This document shows positions 17,652 to 26,844 of a stretch of 64,000 bases of DNA, piece by piece (position 1 is the first letter of the stretch; every line of letters begins with the position of its first letter). The notes under the pieces are model-generated. The model had not been told where the DNA came from. It saw only the letters and a program-made list of their open reading frames with translations, and ran no database searches. Both the position numbers and the translations under genes were made by a program. The stretch is from Dehalococcoidia bacterium (GTDB lineage Bacteria; Chloroflexota; Dehalococcoidia; UBA2979). Location: assembly GCA_963667465.2 (NCBI GenBank), contig CAXXDN010000002.1, positions 320,001 to 384,000 on the forward strand. The letters are read 5' to 3'.

Positions 17652-18578
17652 TCAGCGCTCCGGCAGCGTGCGCTGCAGGTAGGCGTCCAGCTCGCGCGCG
17701 AACTCGACCGGCTTGTCGCCCTGCACGGTGTGGCGCGCGCCCTCGATCTCGACGAGTTCGGCGCGCTGCATCGCGTCGACCACCGCGCGGGCGTGCTCGG
17801 CGGAGAGGATCTTGCTCTCCGTGCCGCGCACCAGCAGTGTCGGCGTCGGGATCGCGCGCGCGCACTCCCAGAGCAGCGAGGTGCGCTCGTCGGCCAGCTT
17901 CTTGCGCGCCGCCTCGTCCAGCTTCGGGCGGGGGCGGCGGTCGTTCTTCCAGGTCCAGCCCTCGTCCGTCGCGCGCAGCGCACGCATGAGGCTGTAGCGC
18001 AGGTGGCCGATCGGGCGGTCGGGGTTGAACTTCGTCGCGCGCTCCAGGAAGTCCTCGAAGCGCTCGAGCGTCTCCGTCGCCTGCGCAAACTGCTCCATCT
18101 CGACGATCCCGGCGCGCATCGTTTCCGGCGCGACATCGACGATCACGAGCGCGTCGAGGCGGTCCGGGTGTGCGGCGGCGTGCTGGAAGGAGTTGATCCC
18201 GCCCATCGACATTCCGACGAGCGTGAAGTGCTCGTAGCCAAGGTGGTCGAGGAAGGCGCGCGTGTCCTCAACCATGAGCGCGCTCGTGTCGTCCCCGACG
18301 TTCGGGGTCCAGTCCGTGTCGCCGTGGCCGCGCTGGTCGAGGGCGACGAGGTGGTAGGAGTCGCGCAGCAGCAGCGCGGCCATGTCCCAGGTGTGCGCCG
18401 TCAGCGAGCCGCCGTGCAGCAGCACCAGGTGCGGCAGGTGCCTGTTGCCCCAGTCGAGGTAGTGGAAGCGCAGGCCGTTCAGCTCGACTTCGTGGTCCTC
18501 GGGCAGCACGAACCGGGAGGGCTCGACGCCGGCCGCCTCGGCGGCGGCCGCCAGCAGCTCCAGAGGATCTCCGGTCAT
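17652..18578 (-). CDS. Alpha/beta hydrolase
   Basis: HYLDWG, LLHGG, DQRGHG, GMSMGG, ARHTV. Confidence 0.9.
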   Translation of the reverse strand: MTGDPLELLAAAAEAAGVEPSRFVLPEDHEVELNGLRFHYLDWGNRHLPHLVLLHGGSLTAHTWDMAALLLRDSYHLVALDQRGHGDTDWTPNVGDDTSALMVEDTRAFLDHLGYEHFTLVGMSMGGINSFQHAAAHPDRLDALVIVDVAPETMRAGIVEMEQFAQATETLERFEDFLERATKFNPDRPIGHLRYSLMRALRATDEGWTWKNDRRPRPKLDEAARKKLADERTSLLWECARAIPTPTLLVRGTESKILSAEHARAVVDAMQRAELVEIEGARHTVQGDKPVEFARELDAYLQRTLPER

Positions 18579-18628
18579 CTCGTGCTCCCTCGGTCCGCAC
18601 GGGCAGCCTACACGGCTATGATGCGCGC

Positions 18629-19171
18629 ATGGCGACCGACGAACAGATCGCGGAACTCTTCGAGAAGCTCGAGATCGAGCGCTCGGCGATGCTCGCCTCG
18701 CTCGAGGGCATCCCGGACGAGCAAGCCGGTGAGCGTCCACCCGAGGGCGAGGGCGAGGATGGCTGGTCCGTCAAGGAGCAGGTCGTGCACCTCGCGGCGA
18801 TGGACCGCAGCTACCGCGGCTGGGTGCGCCGCGCGATCGCTGAGGACAGCCCCAACGTCTCGGACGGCCGGACGCCGAACATCCCGCTCGACATCCCCTT
18901 TGAGCAGGCGCACGACGCCGACCTCGCAAGCCTCGTAGCGCAGCTGCAGAGCGAGCGCGAGGAGACGCTGGAGCTGGCGCACACCTTCACGCCGGACCAG
19001 TTCGATCGCACGGCACGCACGGATATCTTCGGCGAGCTGACGGTCCTCCAGTGGCTGCGCTCCTACTACCGCCACGACCGCATGCACCACGCCCAGATGC
19101 TCGGCAAGGTCTCCGACTACCAGCCCCAGTACGCCCCCGGCCAGCAGGAGCCGCCCCTCCAGCGCGACTGA
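18629..19171 (+). CDS. DinB-family protein
   Basis: WSVKEQVVHL and HDRMH; TATGAT 6 nt upstream of ATG. Confidence 0.85.
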   Translation: MATDEQIAELFEKLEIERSAMLASLEGIPDEQAGERPPEGEGEDGWSVKEQVVHLAAMDRSYRGWVRRAIAEDSPNVSDGRTPNIPLDIPFEQAHDADLASLVAQLQSEREETLELAHTFTPDQFDRTARTDIFGELTVLQWLRSYYRHDRMHHAQMLGKVSDYQPQYAPGQQEPPLQRD

Positions 19172-19177
19172 GCGCTG

Positions 19178-19354
19178 TCCCACCCGGCCCCCCGCCCCCG
19201 GAGGCTTCTTCTGTGGAGGCACAACCCCCACGCCCCACCTGGCGCGAGTGGCCACCTGCGCCCTCGATCTTCGAGACGGGCTCCGGCGGGCCGGCGATCG
19301 GGGCGTGGGGGCGCAGCCCCCACAGAAGAAACTCCGAGGGAGGGTGGGTCGGAA
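19178..19354. repeat. Long imperfect inverted repeat (REPIN/MITE-like)
   Basis: Arm GGAGGCTTCTTCTGTGGAGGCACAACCCCCACGCCCC pairs with GGGGCGTGGGGGCGCAGCCCCCACAGAAGAAACTCC between convergent genes. Confidence 0.7.
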
Positions 19355-19439
19355 GAGCAGCCCTGCGAGGTATCCCTCGCGTCCACCGACCGTCCACGAG
19401 ACGGCCGTCCACGAGACGACCGTGCGCGTGCTCGTCCGG

Positions 19440-20621
19440 TTACGCGCCGTCGGCGGAGAGGATCAGCGCGCTCGTTGGGACGCCCGTCCCGGCGGTTGCG
19501 AGGGCGGTCCGGGGGCGGCGCTCCAGCTGGTTCACTGCGTCGCCGCGGATCTGGCGCGCGGCCTCCGTGATCATGCTGAAGCCGTGCAGGTAGCCGTCTG
19601 CGAGCTGCCCGCCGTGCGTGTTGAGCGGGATGTCGCCCTCGAGGGTGGTCCGGCCCTCGCGGAATAGCTCGTGGGCCGCGCCGGGCGCGGCGAACCCATA
19701 GGCCTCGAGCGACATCAGCACCATCGGCGTGAAGTGGTCGTAGAGCTGCAGCGTCTCCATGTCGCCCGGCTCCATCTCGGCCACGCGGTAGACCTCGCGC
19801 GCTGTCTCCTCGGCCTCTTCGAGTACGGACATGCTGTCGCGCTGGTAGCTGGTCATCGACTCGGTGCGGCTGCCGGTGCCCTGCGCGGCGCCGGTGATGT
19901 ACACGGGCGGACGCCTGGAGCGTCCGCTCGCCGCCAGCTCCCGCGCCTTCTCCGCCGAGACGACGACGACGGCGCTGCCGCCGTCCGTCTCGAGGCAGCA
20001 GTCGAGCAGCCGCAGCGGCTCCGAGATCCAGCGCGAGTTGTGGTGGTCCTCGAGGGTGACGGTGCGGCCGTACTGCATCGCGTGCGGGTTGATTGCGCCG
20101 TTGTTGCGGATCTGCACGGCGCAGAGGCCGAACGCCTCGGTGGTGAGGTCGTAGTCGTTGAGGTAGCGCCGCCCGAACATCGCGACCCACTGCACGGGGG
20201 TGACGAGGCCGACGGGGATGCGGTACTGCATCCCGTCGGGGACGTAGCGGCCGGCGCGCGAGCGGCTGGCCGGCATCAGCGAGCGGCGGATCGAGCGGAA
20301 GCAGACGACGACGTCGGCCTGCCCGGCGGCGATCGCCGCGGCCGCATGCACGACGGTGCCGACAGAGCCGCCGCCGCCGTGCGGGATCTCGCTGAAGAAG
20401 CGCAGGTTCTGGATGCCGAGGCTGCGCATGATGTCGATCTCGAAGAGGTCGGTGTTGGCGTGCATCTTCACGATCGCGTCGACGTCGCCAGGCGTGAGCC
20501 CGGCGTCCTCGAGCGCCGCGGTGATCGCTTCGAGGGCGAGTTGCAGGTTGGAGCGTCCGGCGTTGCGCGAGAACTCCGTCTCGCCCACCCCCACGATCGC
20601 CGTCCGGTTGCGAACGCTCAC
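19440..20621 (-). CDS. Ltp2-like lipid-transfer/thiolase-fold protein (putative retro-aldolase)
   Basis: AIVGVGETEFS, PLRLLDCCLETDG, LYDHFTP, NTHGGQL..GYLHG. Confidence 0.85.
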   Translation of the reverse strand: MSVRNRTAIVGVGETEFSRNAGRSNLQLALEAITAALEDAGLTPGDVDAIVKMHANTDLFEIDIMRSLGIQNLRFFSEIPHGGGGSVGTVVHAAAAIAAGQADVVVCFRSIRRSLMPASRSRAGRYVPDGMQYRIPVGLVTPVQWVAMFGRRYLNDYDLTTEAFGLCAVQIRNNGAINPHAMQYGRTVTLEDHHNSRWISEPLRLLDCCLETDGGSAVVVVSAEKARELAASGRSRRPPVYITGAAQGTGSRTESMTSYQRDSMSVLEEAEETAREVYRVAEMEPGDMETLQLYDHFTPMVLMSLEAYGFAAPGAAHELFREGRTTLEGDIPLNTHGGQLADGYLHGFSMITEAARQIRGDAVNQLERRPRTALATAGTGVPTSALILSADGA

Positions 20622-20750
20622 GCCGCCTCCCTCGCGCGCGTTGCGAGGATAGCGGAGCGGGCGAGTGGCGTGGGGGGAGACGTCACAAGGACAGAGACCG
20701 CCACGAGGGCGGTCTCGACCCTGCGGCCGGACGCTGACGGCGAGTGCTCC

Positions 20751-21650
20751 TCAGTACAGCGCGTCGAGGGGGTGGAAGCGGAACTCCGGGGCGGCTTCGG
20801 CGAGGGTTTCCGGGGTCCAGGGCTCGTCGCCCTCGATGGTCTGGGTGACCTCGAGGGGGGCGAAGAGGCCGACGGCGTTGCCCTGCACGAGGAAGGTCTG
20901 GCCGTTGATGTCCGCCGCCGCCGCTGTGCAGAGGAAGGCGATCACCGTCGCCACACGCTCCGGCTCCTGTGCGACCGCCAGCATTCGCTCCGCCGAGGAG
21001 CTGTCGAGGCCTCTCGCGCGGGCACGCTCGACGGCATCGCCGATCATGCGCGTGTGGGTGGCCGCCGGGTTCACGTTGTTGACCGTGATCCCGTAGCGCC
21101 CGAGGTCGCGTGAGGCGGAGTTGGTGAAGCCGTAGATGCCTGCCTTGCCCGCCGCGTAGGCGGAGGTCCCCGCGGACCCCAGCAGCCCGGCCCGCGAGAC
21201 GATGTTCACCACGCGGCCCCAGCCGCGCTCGCGCATGCCCTCGACGGCGCGGCGGGTGCAGTGGAACGTGCCGAAGAGGTGCACCCCGACGACGGTCGCG
21301 AACAGCTCCGGGTCCAGCTTGTCGATCGGCGCGCCCGCCGCAACCCCGGCGTTGTTGACGAGGATGTCGACCGCGCCCAGCTCGCGCTCCGCCGTCTCGA
21401 TGATGCGCCCGGCCGACTCCCACTCCGCGACGGAGTCGTAGCTGGCGACGGCGGTGCCGCCGGATGTGCGGATGCCCTCGACGACTTCGTCGGCGAAGGC
21501 GCGGTCCTCGCCCGCGCCGCGATCGCTCACGCCGGGATCGTTGACGACGACGGCCGCGCCGAGGCCGGCGAGCGCCTCGGCCGCGGCCCGCCCGATGCCG
21601 CGCCCGGCCCCGGTGACGACGGCCACGCGGCCAGCGAGGCGCGTGCTCAC
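20751..21650 (-). CDS. Short-chain dehydrogenase/reductase (MFE-2-like)
   Basis: TGAGRGIG, VVVNDPG, NNAG, YAAGK. Confidence 0.9.
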   Translation of the reverse strand: MSTRLAGRVAVVTGAGRGIGRAAAEALAGLGAAVVVNDPGVSDRGAGEDRAFADEVVEGIRTSGGTAVASYDSVAEWESAGRIIETAERELGAVDILVNNAGVAAGAPIDKLDPELFATVVGVHLFGTFHCTRRAVEGMRERGWGRVVNIVSRAGLLGSAGTSAYAAGKAGIYGFTNSASRDLGRYGITVNNVNPAATHTRMIGDAVERARARGLDSSSAERMLAVAQEPERVATVIAFLCTAAAADINGQTFLVQGNAVGLFAPLEVTQTIEGDEPWTPETLAEAAPEFRFHPLDALY

Positions 21651-21681
21651 GGTGGGGCTCCGGTCGTGCGCCCTCCGCGCC

Positions 21682-22446
21682 CTACGAGTTGCTCTCGATG
21701 AAGGCGAGCACGCGCTGCCAGGCATCCGCCGAGGCGGTCTGGTTCTCCTCGGCGGTGCGGTCGAAGAAGGAGTGCGGCGCGCCGTGGTAGGAGATCACGA
21801 GGTGCTCGACGCCTGCATCACTGAGTGCGGCCTCGAAGCCGTCGTTGTGCTCCTTCGTGATGTTCCCGTCGGCGCCGCCCTGGATCGCGAGCACCGGGCA
21901 TGCGAACTCGGCGACGCGGTCGATCACCGGCGCGGAGTCCTCGAACCACTTGTTGGTCGGCATGCCGTAGAAGCCGATCACGCCGGCCAGCCCGTGGCCC
22001 TCGACGGCCTGCTGCCAGGACGAGGAACCGCCGAAGCAGAAGCCGATCGTGAAAACGGCGCGGTCGGCCTGGCCCTCGCGGCTGCGTAGCCTCTCGCTGG
22101 CCGCGCGCACGTCGGCGGCGACGCCGGCGGCGGTCGTCGCCTTCACCTCAGGCCAGAAATCGAAGTCCTCGCCACGCTTGCCGAGGCCGGCCGTGCGCCC
22201 GAAGTAGTCGATCGCGATCGAGTCGTAGCCGCGCTCGGCGAAGCGCAGCGCGAGTTCCTCGTAGAAGCGGTAGAGCCCGCGCACGTCCGGCATCACGACG
22301 ACGGCGGGGCCGAGCGGCTCATCGGCCAGCGCGCTGAAGGCCGAGAGCTGCGTGCCGTCCGAGGCGGTGAGCGTCAGATCCTCATGCTGAACGGCTGCGC
22401 CGGCGATGGCCGGCACGGGCGGCAGGGCGTCGAACTTGAAGCACAT
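21682..22446 (-). CDS. Dienelactone hydrolase family protein
   Basis: PDVRGL, GFCFGG, GAPHSF. Confidence 0.9.
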   Translation of the reverse strand: MCFKFDALPPVPAIAGAAVQHEDLTLTASDGTQLSAFSALADEPLGPAVVVMPDVRGLYRFYEELALRFAERGYDSIAIDYFGRTAGLGKRGEDFDFWPEVKATTAAGVAADVRAASERLRSREGQADRAVFTIGFCFGGSSSWQQAVEGHGLAGVIGFYGMPTNKWFEDSAPVIDRVAEFACPVLAIQGGADGNITKEHNDGFEAALSDAGVEHLVISYHGAPHSFFDRTAEENQTASADAWQRVLAFIESNS

Positions 22447-22544
22447 GATGGGGTCCCTTTCAGCTTCTCAGGTGGTGTACAGCGGTCGCGCAGCACCGTA
22501 CGCGAATCGCGCTTCGATGTGAACCGATCCGGCCTCGATCCCGG

Positions 22545-23222
22545 CTACTCGTCCAAAAGGCGGCGGAACTCGTCCGCCAGCCGGGCGACCGCCGCGCCGC
22601 CGTCGGCCGGCCGCGAGGGCTCGCCCACGACCTCGAAGCGGTCGCTCTCCTCGTCCCAGCGGTGCAGCAGCGTTGCCTCGACGACGCCGTCGCGCACGCC
22701 GGTCACCTCGTGCAGCTCGGCGACGACGCGGCGCGTCGGCTCGCGCCAGTCCGGGCCGAGGCTGCGGATGTGCACCGCGTAGTCGAGCAACGCCGCGTCG
22801 GCGTCCGGCACCGCGTTGCCTTCGAGGATGATCGAGAACGCTTCGTCGATCCCGCCGGCGTGCAGCACCGTCGCGAGCGAGAGGCCGTCCTGGCGCAGCG
22901 CCTCGAAGACGCGCCGCACCGGCTCACCCCAGAGGTAGTGGGGGAAGGGTGTCTCGGCGATCTCGTGCATCACGATGTAGCCGCCGTCCGGCGGGTCCGG
23001 GATGCCGAGGTCCGGTTCCGTGTCGGTCGAGAGCTCGTGGATCGGCGTGCCCTCGGGGGCGTAGTCGAGCGTTGCGAGCATCGTGGTCGTCTTGCCGGCG
23101 AGGCGTGGGATGGCGAAGAAGAGCAGCGAGCGCCGCTCGCGCGCGGCGGCCGCCAGCGTCGCCGCCAGCTCCGGCGACATCGTGCGGTTGGCTACGAGGT
23201 CCGCGAGTCCCGGTTCCGCCAT
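22545..23222 (-). CDS. Stand-alone VirB11/CpaF-like P-loop ATPase domain
   Basis: MSPELAATL, AGKTT Walker A, YIVMHEI Walker B, TVLHA. Confidence 0.7.
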   Translation of the reverse strand: MAEPGLADLVANRTMSPELAATLAAAARERRSLLFFAIPRLAGKTTTMLATLDYAPEGTPIHELSTDTEPDLGIPDPPDGGYIVMHEIAETPFPHYLWGEPVRRVFEALRQDGLSLATVLHAGGIDEAFSIILEGNAVPDADAALLDYAVHIRSLGPDWREPTRRVVAELHEVTGVRDGVVEATLLHRWDEESDRFEVVGEPSRPADGGAAVARLADEFRRLLDE

Positions 23223-23301
23223 CACGTGCTCCCAACTTCCGCGCCGTAAGCACTGATCATAACGTGCAGGGGGTCATAACGTTCAGGGGGAAAATGCGCC
23301 G

Positions 23302-23706
23302 TCAATCGAGCTGCTGGAGCTGGACGACGTTGCCCTCGGGGTCTTCGAGCTGGCAGTAGCGGCCCCCGCCGGTCGAGGCGCCGAGCGGGACGGGGAAGTG
23401 GCAGCCGGCCGCCTCGCAGCGTGCGGCGAGCTCGTCGATGTTGCGGACGTGGATGGTGAGGTAGCGCAGGCCGGTCTGCGCGCGCGTGCCGCCTCGGGCG
23501 TGGCGGTGAGGCGGCGGCTCCGGCGGGTCGAGCAGCTTGAGCAGCGAGTCGCCGCATTCGAGGAGGTGCATCGTGCCGCCGGGCCCGGTCTGGCGGGAAC
23601 GCTGGAAGGTCAGCCCCAGCGTGTCGCGGTAGAACGCCACCATCCGCTCCGCGTCCGTAACCACGATGGCGACGTCCAGCCCCGCCTTTGCCAGTTGCAG
23701 CACCAT
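23302..23706 (-). CDS. VOC/glyoxalase family protein
   Basis: FYRDTLGL, EDPEGNVVQL. Confidence 0.85.
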   Translation of the reverse strand: MVLQLAKAGLDVAIVVTDAERMVAFYRDTLGLTFQRSRQTGPGGTMHLLECGDSLLKLLDPPEPPPHRHARGGTRAQTGLRYLTIHVRNIDELAARCEAAGCHFPVPLGASTGGGRYCQLEDPEGNVVQLQQLD

Positions 23707-23827
23707 CTCCGCCTCCCCGCTCGCCGCGTGATGGTAGCCGCACCGCGCATGTTCTGCCCTCGACGCGGCGCGCGCGAGGCCGCAGACTCACGGGCGGCGC
23801 GCGAGCGCCGTACCCGAGGGAGGCGCA

Positions 23828-24799
23828 ATGTCCGGCGGAGGCTACGGCTCGGCCCACGACCACCGGCACGTCTTCACCGGCAGCCCGCTCGACCGGGCGG
23901 GGAACGAACGCCGCGACCGTGCATGGATCGAGCGCCAGCGCGCGCATGCCGGACGACGCTTCCTCGCGCTGCGCGACCTCGAGGCGCTCGTCGAGGGCGA
24001 CCCGGCGCCGACCATTGCCTGGCTCACGTCCGACGAGCTACCAGACGGCGCGCTCGCTGGCGATGCGGTCCTGCTCGGCCTCGACGACGCCGCACCGCGC
24101 TTCGCGATCGACCTCACGGCTATCGATGAGGCGGCGCTGGCCGGGCCGCTCGCCAACGGGCGGCGCTTCGCCGAGGTGCGAGGCGTCGCGCCGGACCTGC
24201 CCACGGACGACACGGCGATCCTCGCGCAGGCGCGATCGTTCGTCGACTGGCACGCACGGCATCGCTTCTGCGCCGTCTGCGGGGGCCCGACTGCCCCACG
24301 CAACGGCGGGGGGATGCGGGTCTGCGAGGACTGCAACGCGGAGCACTTCCCGCGCGTCGACCCGGTCGTGATCGTGCTGATCATCGACGGCGATCGCTGC
24401 CTGCTTGTCAGCGGGCGCGCGCGGCCCGGCTCGAACTACACCTGCATCGCCGGCTTCATGGAGCCGGGCGAGACGGTCGAGGAGGCCGTGCGCCGCGAGG
24501 TGCGCGAGGAGGCTGGCGTGGAGGTCGCAGCCGTGCGCTACCACTCCTCGCAGCCGTGGCCGTTCCCCGCTTCGCTGATGCTCGGTTGCCACGCCGAGGC
24601 CGCCAGCGAGTCGATCGCGATCGACCCGGAGGAGATTAAGGACGCTCGCTGGTTCGATCGCGCCGACGTCGCGCGCGCAATCGCCTTCGCGGCGGGCGAG
24701 GTCGAGGGCGAGAGCGGCCTCGACTTCGGCGTGCCCGCGCCGTTCACGATCTCGCACCAGCTGATCCGCGCCTGGACCGCGGAGGCGGATGGCGCATGA
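23828..24799 (+). CDS. nudC: NAD(H) diphosphatase
   Basis: Zn ribbon FCAVCG/CEDC, Nudix box GFMEPGETVEEAVRREVREEAG, SQPWPFPASLM signature. Confidence 0.95.
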   Translation: MSGGGYGSAHDHRHVFTGSPLDRAGNERRDRAWIERQRAHAGRRFLALRDLEALVEGDPAPTIAWLTSDELPDGALAGDAVLLGLDDAAPRFAIDLTAIDEAALAGPLANGRRFAEVRGVAPDLPTDDTAILAQARSFVDWHARHRFCAVCGGPTAPRNGGGMRVCEDCNAEHFPRVDPVVIVLIIDGDRCLLVSGRARPGSNYTCIAGFMEPGETVEEAVRREVREEAGVEVAAVRYHSSQPWPFPASLMLGCHAEAASESIAIDPEEIKDARWFDRADVARAIAFAAGEVEGESGLDFGVPAPFTISHQLIRAWTAEADGA

Positions 24800-25203
24800 G
24801 CGACGAGAAGCAGGCGGCCTGGTTCGGCGGCGAGGCGGAGCGCCGCTACGGCTACGCGCAGGCCGTCCGCGTCGGCGACACGGTGTACGTCTCAGGGCAG
24901 ATCGCTCGCGACGAGGACGGCGCGCTGATCGGTGCGGGCGACATGGCTGCCCAGCTACAAGCCGTCTACGCCAACATCGCCCGCGCGCTCGCCCCCCTTG
25001 GCGCGGATTTCTCCAACGTCGTCGAGGAGGTGGTCTACGTCACCGACGTCGCCGCCGCCTCGAGAGCCGCGGGGGAAGTGCGGCACGAGGCGTACGGGGT
25101 ACCCAAGGGCGAGCCGATCGCTGTGGCGAGCACGCTCGTGCAGGTCGTGGCACTGGCGCACCCGGACTTCATGGTCGAGATCCGCTGCACGGCGCGGCTG
25201 TAG
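24796..25203 (+). CDS. RidA/YjgF family protein
   Basis: GYAQAVRVGDTVYVSGQ, STLVQV..LA, VEI. Confidence 0.88.
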   Translation: MSDEKQAAWFGGEAERRYGYAQAVRVGDTVYVSGQIARDEDGALIGAGDMAAQLQAVYANIARALAPLGADFSNVVEEVVYVTDVAAASRAAGEVRHEAYGVPKGEPIAVASTLVQVVALAHPDFMVEIRCTARL

Positions 25204-25227
25204 CGCGCCCTGCCGCGAGACCGGCGC

Positions 25228-26538
25228 CTACCACGGCGATCGAGGCGAGACCGCGCCCTGCTCGACGACGCCTGCGGTTTCGAGCGCTTCCACCTCGGCG
25301 CGGGCGAAGCCGAGCTCCGTCAGCACTTCGCGGGTGTGCTCGCCGAGCGCGGGCGCCGGGAGTCGCGCCTCGGTCGGCGTCTTCGACATCGTGACGATCG
25401 GGCCGACCACCCGCTGCGGACCGGTCACGGAGTGCTCGAGGTCGCTGATCATCCCCTCGGCCACCACTTGCGGGTCATCGGCGAGCTCTTCCGGCAGCTG
25501 GACCGCCGAGGCCGGAACGCCGGCCGCGCCGAACTCCTCGATCCACTCGGCCACCGGGCGCTCCGCAAGCTGGGCGCGCACGGTCGAGAGCCAGCGCTCG
25601 GTCGCGGCCTGGTTCTCGGGGTCCGTAGCGTCGAAGTCGGGGTCGTCGGTGCGCTCGCCCTCGAGGCCGAGGATGCGCCGGATGCTGTCGCGCGTCGCCG
25701 GTGTGAGCGCTCCGAGCACGAGCCCGCCGTCGCGAGCCCGGTAGCCGCCGTAGAAGATTCGCAGGGAGGCCCGCAGCCTGCGCGCGAATTGCCGCAGGCC
25801 GACGATGTCCGCGTACGAGCCGCCTGAGGCGCGCGCCTCCGCGACGGCCTGGAGCATCGGCTGTGTCGTGACCGCGTCCGTCACCGGCTCCCGCATGACG
25901 GCGTTGGCCTGCATGAACAGCGCCGAACGCAGCAACGAGGCGCGGACCACCTGCCCCTCGCCCGTGCGCTCGCGGTGGTAGAGCGCGGCGCAGATTCCCA
26001 TCGCCGCCCCAAGCGCCGTTCCGTAATCGGAGACCGGCGTCGCGCTGATCGTCTCCGGTGCGCCGTGTTCGTCGACCTTCGCATTGCCTGCCATGAGGCC
26101 GGAGTAGGCCTGCGCGACGATGTCAGATCCCGCGAGCGCACTCGCCGGCCCGCTGGCCCCGAACCCGGTCGCCTCGAGGTAGATCAGGTCCGGCCGCAGT
26201 TCGACCAGCGAGTCGTAATCGATCCTGAGTCGCTCCGCGACGCCGGGGCGGTAGTTGTTGGTGACGACGTCGATCTGCGGCATGAGGCGGTGGATCACCT
26301 CGAGGCCTCGCGGGTCTGCGAGGTCGACGATGATGCCGCGCTTGCCCCGGTTGTAGCCCTGGAACGCCTTGCTCTCGTTCGGCACGACCGCGCCGGACTG
26401 GCGGATCGCCTCGCCGCCCGGTGGTTCAACCTTGATCACGTCGGCGCCGAGGTCCGAGAGATTGATGCCGCATGCGGGCCCGGCGACGATCAGCGAGAAC
26501 TCAAGCACCCGAATGCCGGCGAGTGGTCCTGCGGCCAT
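25228..26538 (-). CDS. Family III (CaiB/BaiF) CoA transferase
   Basis: PLAGIRVLE, LGADVIKVEPP, NRGKR, NYRPG, RERTGEGQ, APALGEHT. Confidence 0.92.
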   Translation of the reverse strand: MAAGPLAGIRVLEFSLIVAGPACGINLSDLGADVIKVEPPGGEAIRQSGAVVPNESKAFQGYNRGKRGIIVDLADPRGLEVIHRLMPQIDVVTNNYRPGVAERLRIDYDSLVELRPDLIYLEATGFGASGPASALAGSDIVAQAYSGLMAGNAKVDEHGAPETISATPVSDYGTALGAAMGICAALYHRERTGEGQVVRASLLRSALFMQANAVMREPVTDAVTTQPMLQAVAEARASGGSYADIVGLRQFARRLRASLRIFYGGYRARDGGLVLGALTPATRDSIRRILGLEGERTDDPDFDATDPENQAATERWLSTVRAQLAERPVAEWIEEFGAAGVPASAVQLPEELADDPQVVAEGMISDLEHSVTGPQRVVGPIVTMSKTPTEARLPAPALGEHTREVLTELGFARAEVEALETAGVVEQGAVSPRSPW

Positions 26539-26683
26539 TGCTGTGCAGCTCCCCGCGCTGCCCGCCTCGGCGCATCGTGAGCGGAGTGGCGGGCGATCCC
26601 GCGCCGCTCGCGAGCCAGCGCGGACTTGTGACGGCGTGATGGTAATCGCAATGAGGCAGCGCGCCGAGCGGTGCGGCGGAGGC

Positions 26684-26760
26684 TGGTCGGGGAGGCCGGA
26701 TTTGAACCGGCGACCTCTTGACCCCCAGTCAAGTGCGCTGCCAGGCTGCGCCACTCCCCG
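26684..26760 (-). tRNA. tRNA-Pro(GGG)
   Basis: CGGGGAGTGGCGCAGCCTGGCAGCGCA-CTTGA-CTGGGGG-TCAAG-AGGTCGCCGGTTCAAATCCGGCCTCCCCGACCA; cloverleaf, encoded CCA. Confidence 0.97.
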
Positions 26761-26844
26761 ACGAAGGCCGAATTCGATTCTAACAGGGCGCCCCGCGGGG
26801 GCCAGGACAGGCCAGACGGCGCGGAGCGCCTCGCTGCGGACGGA

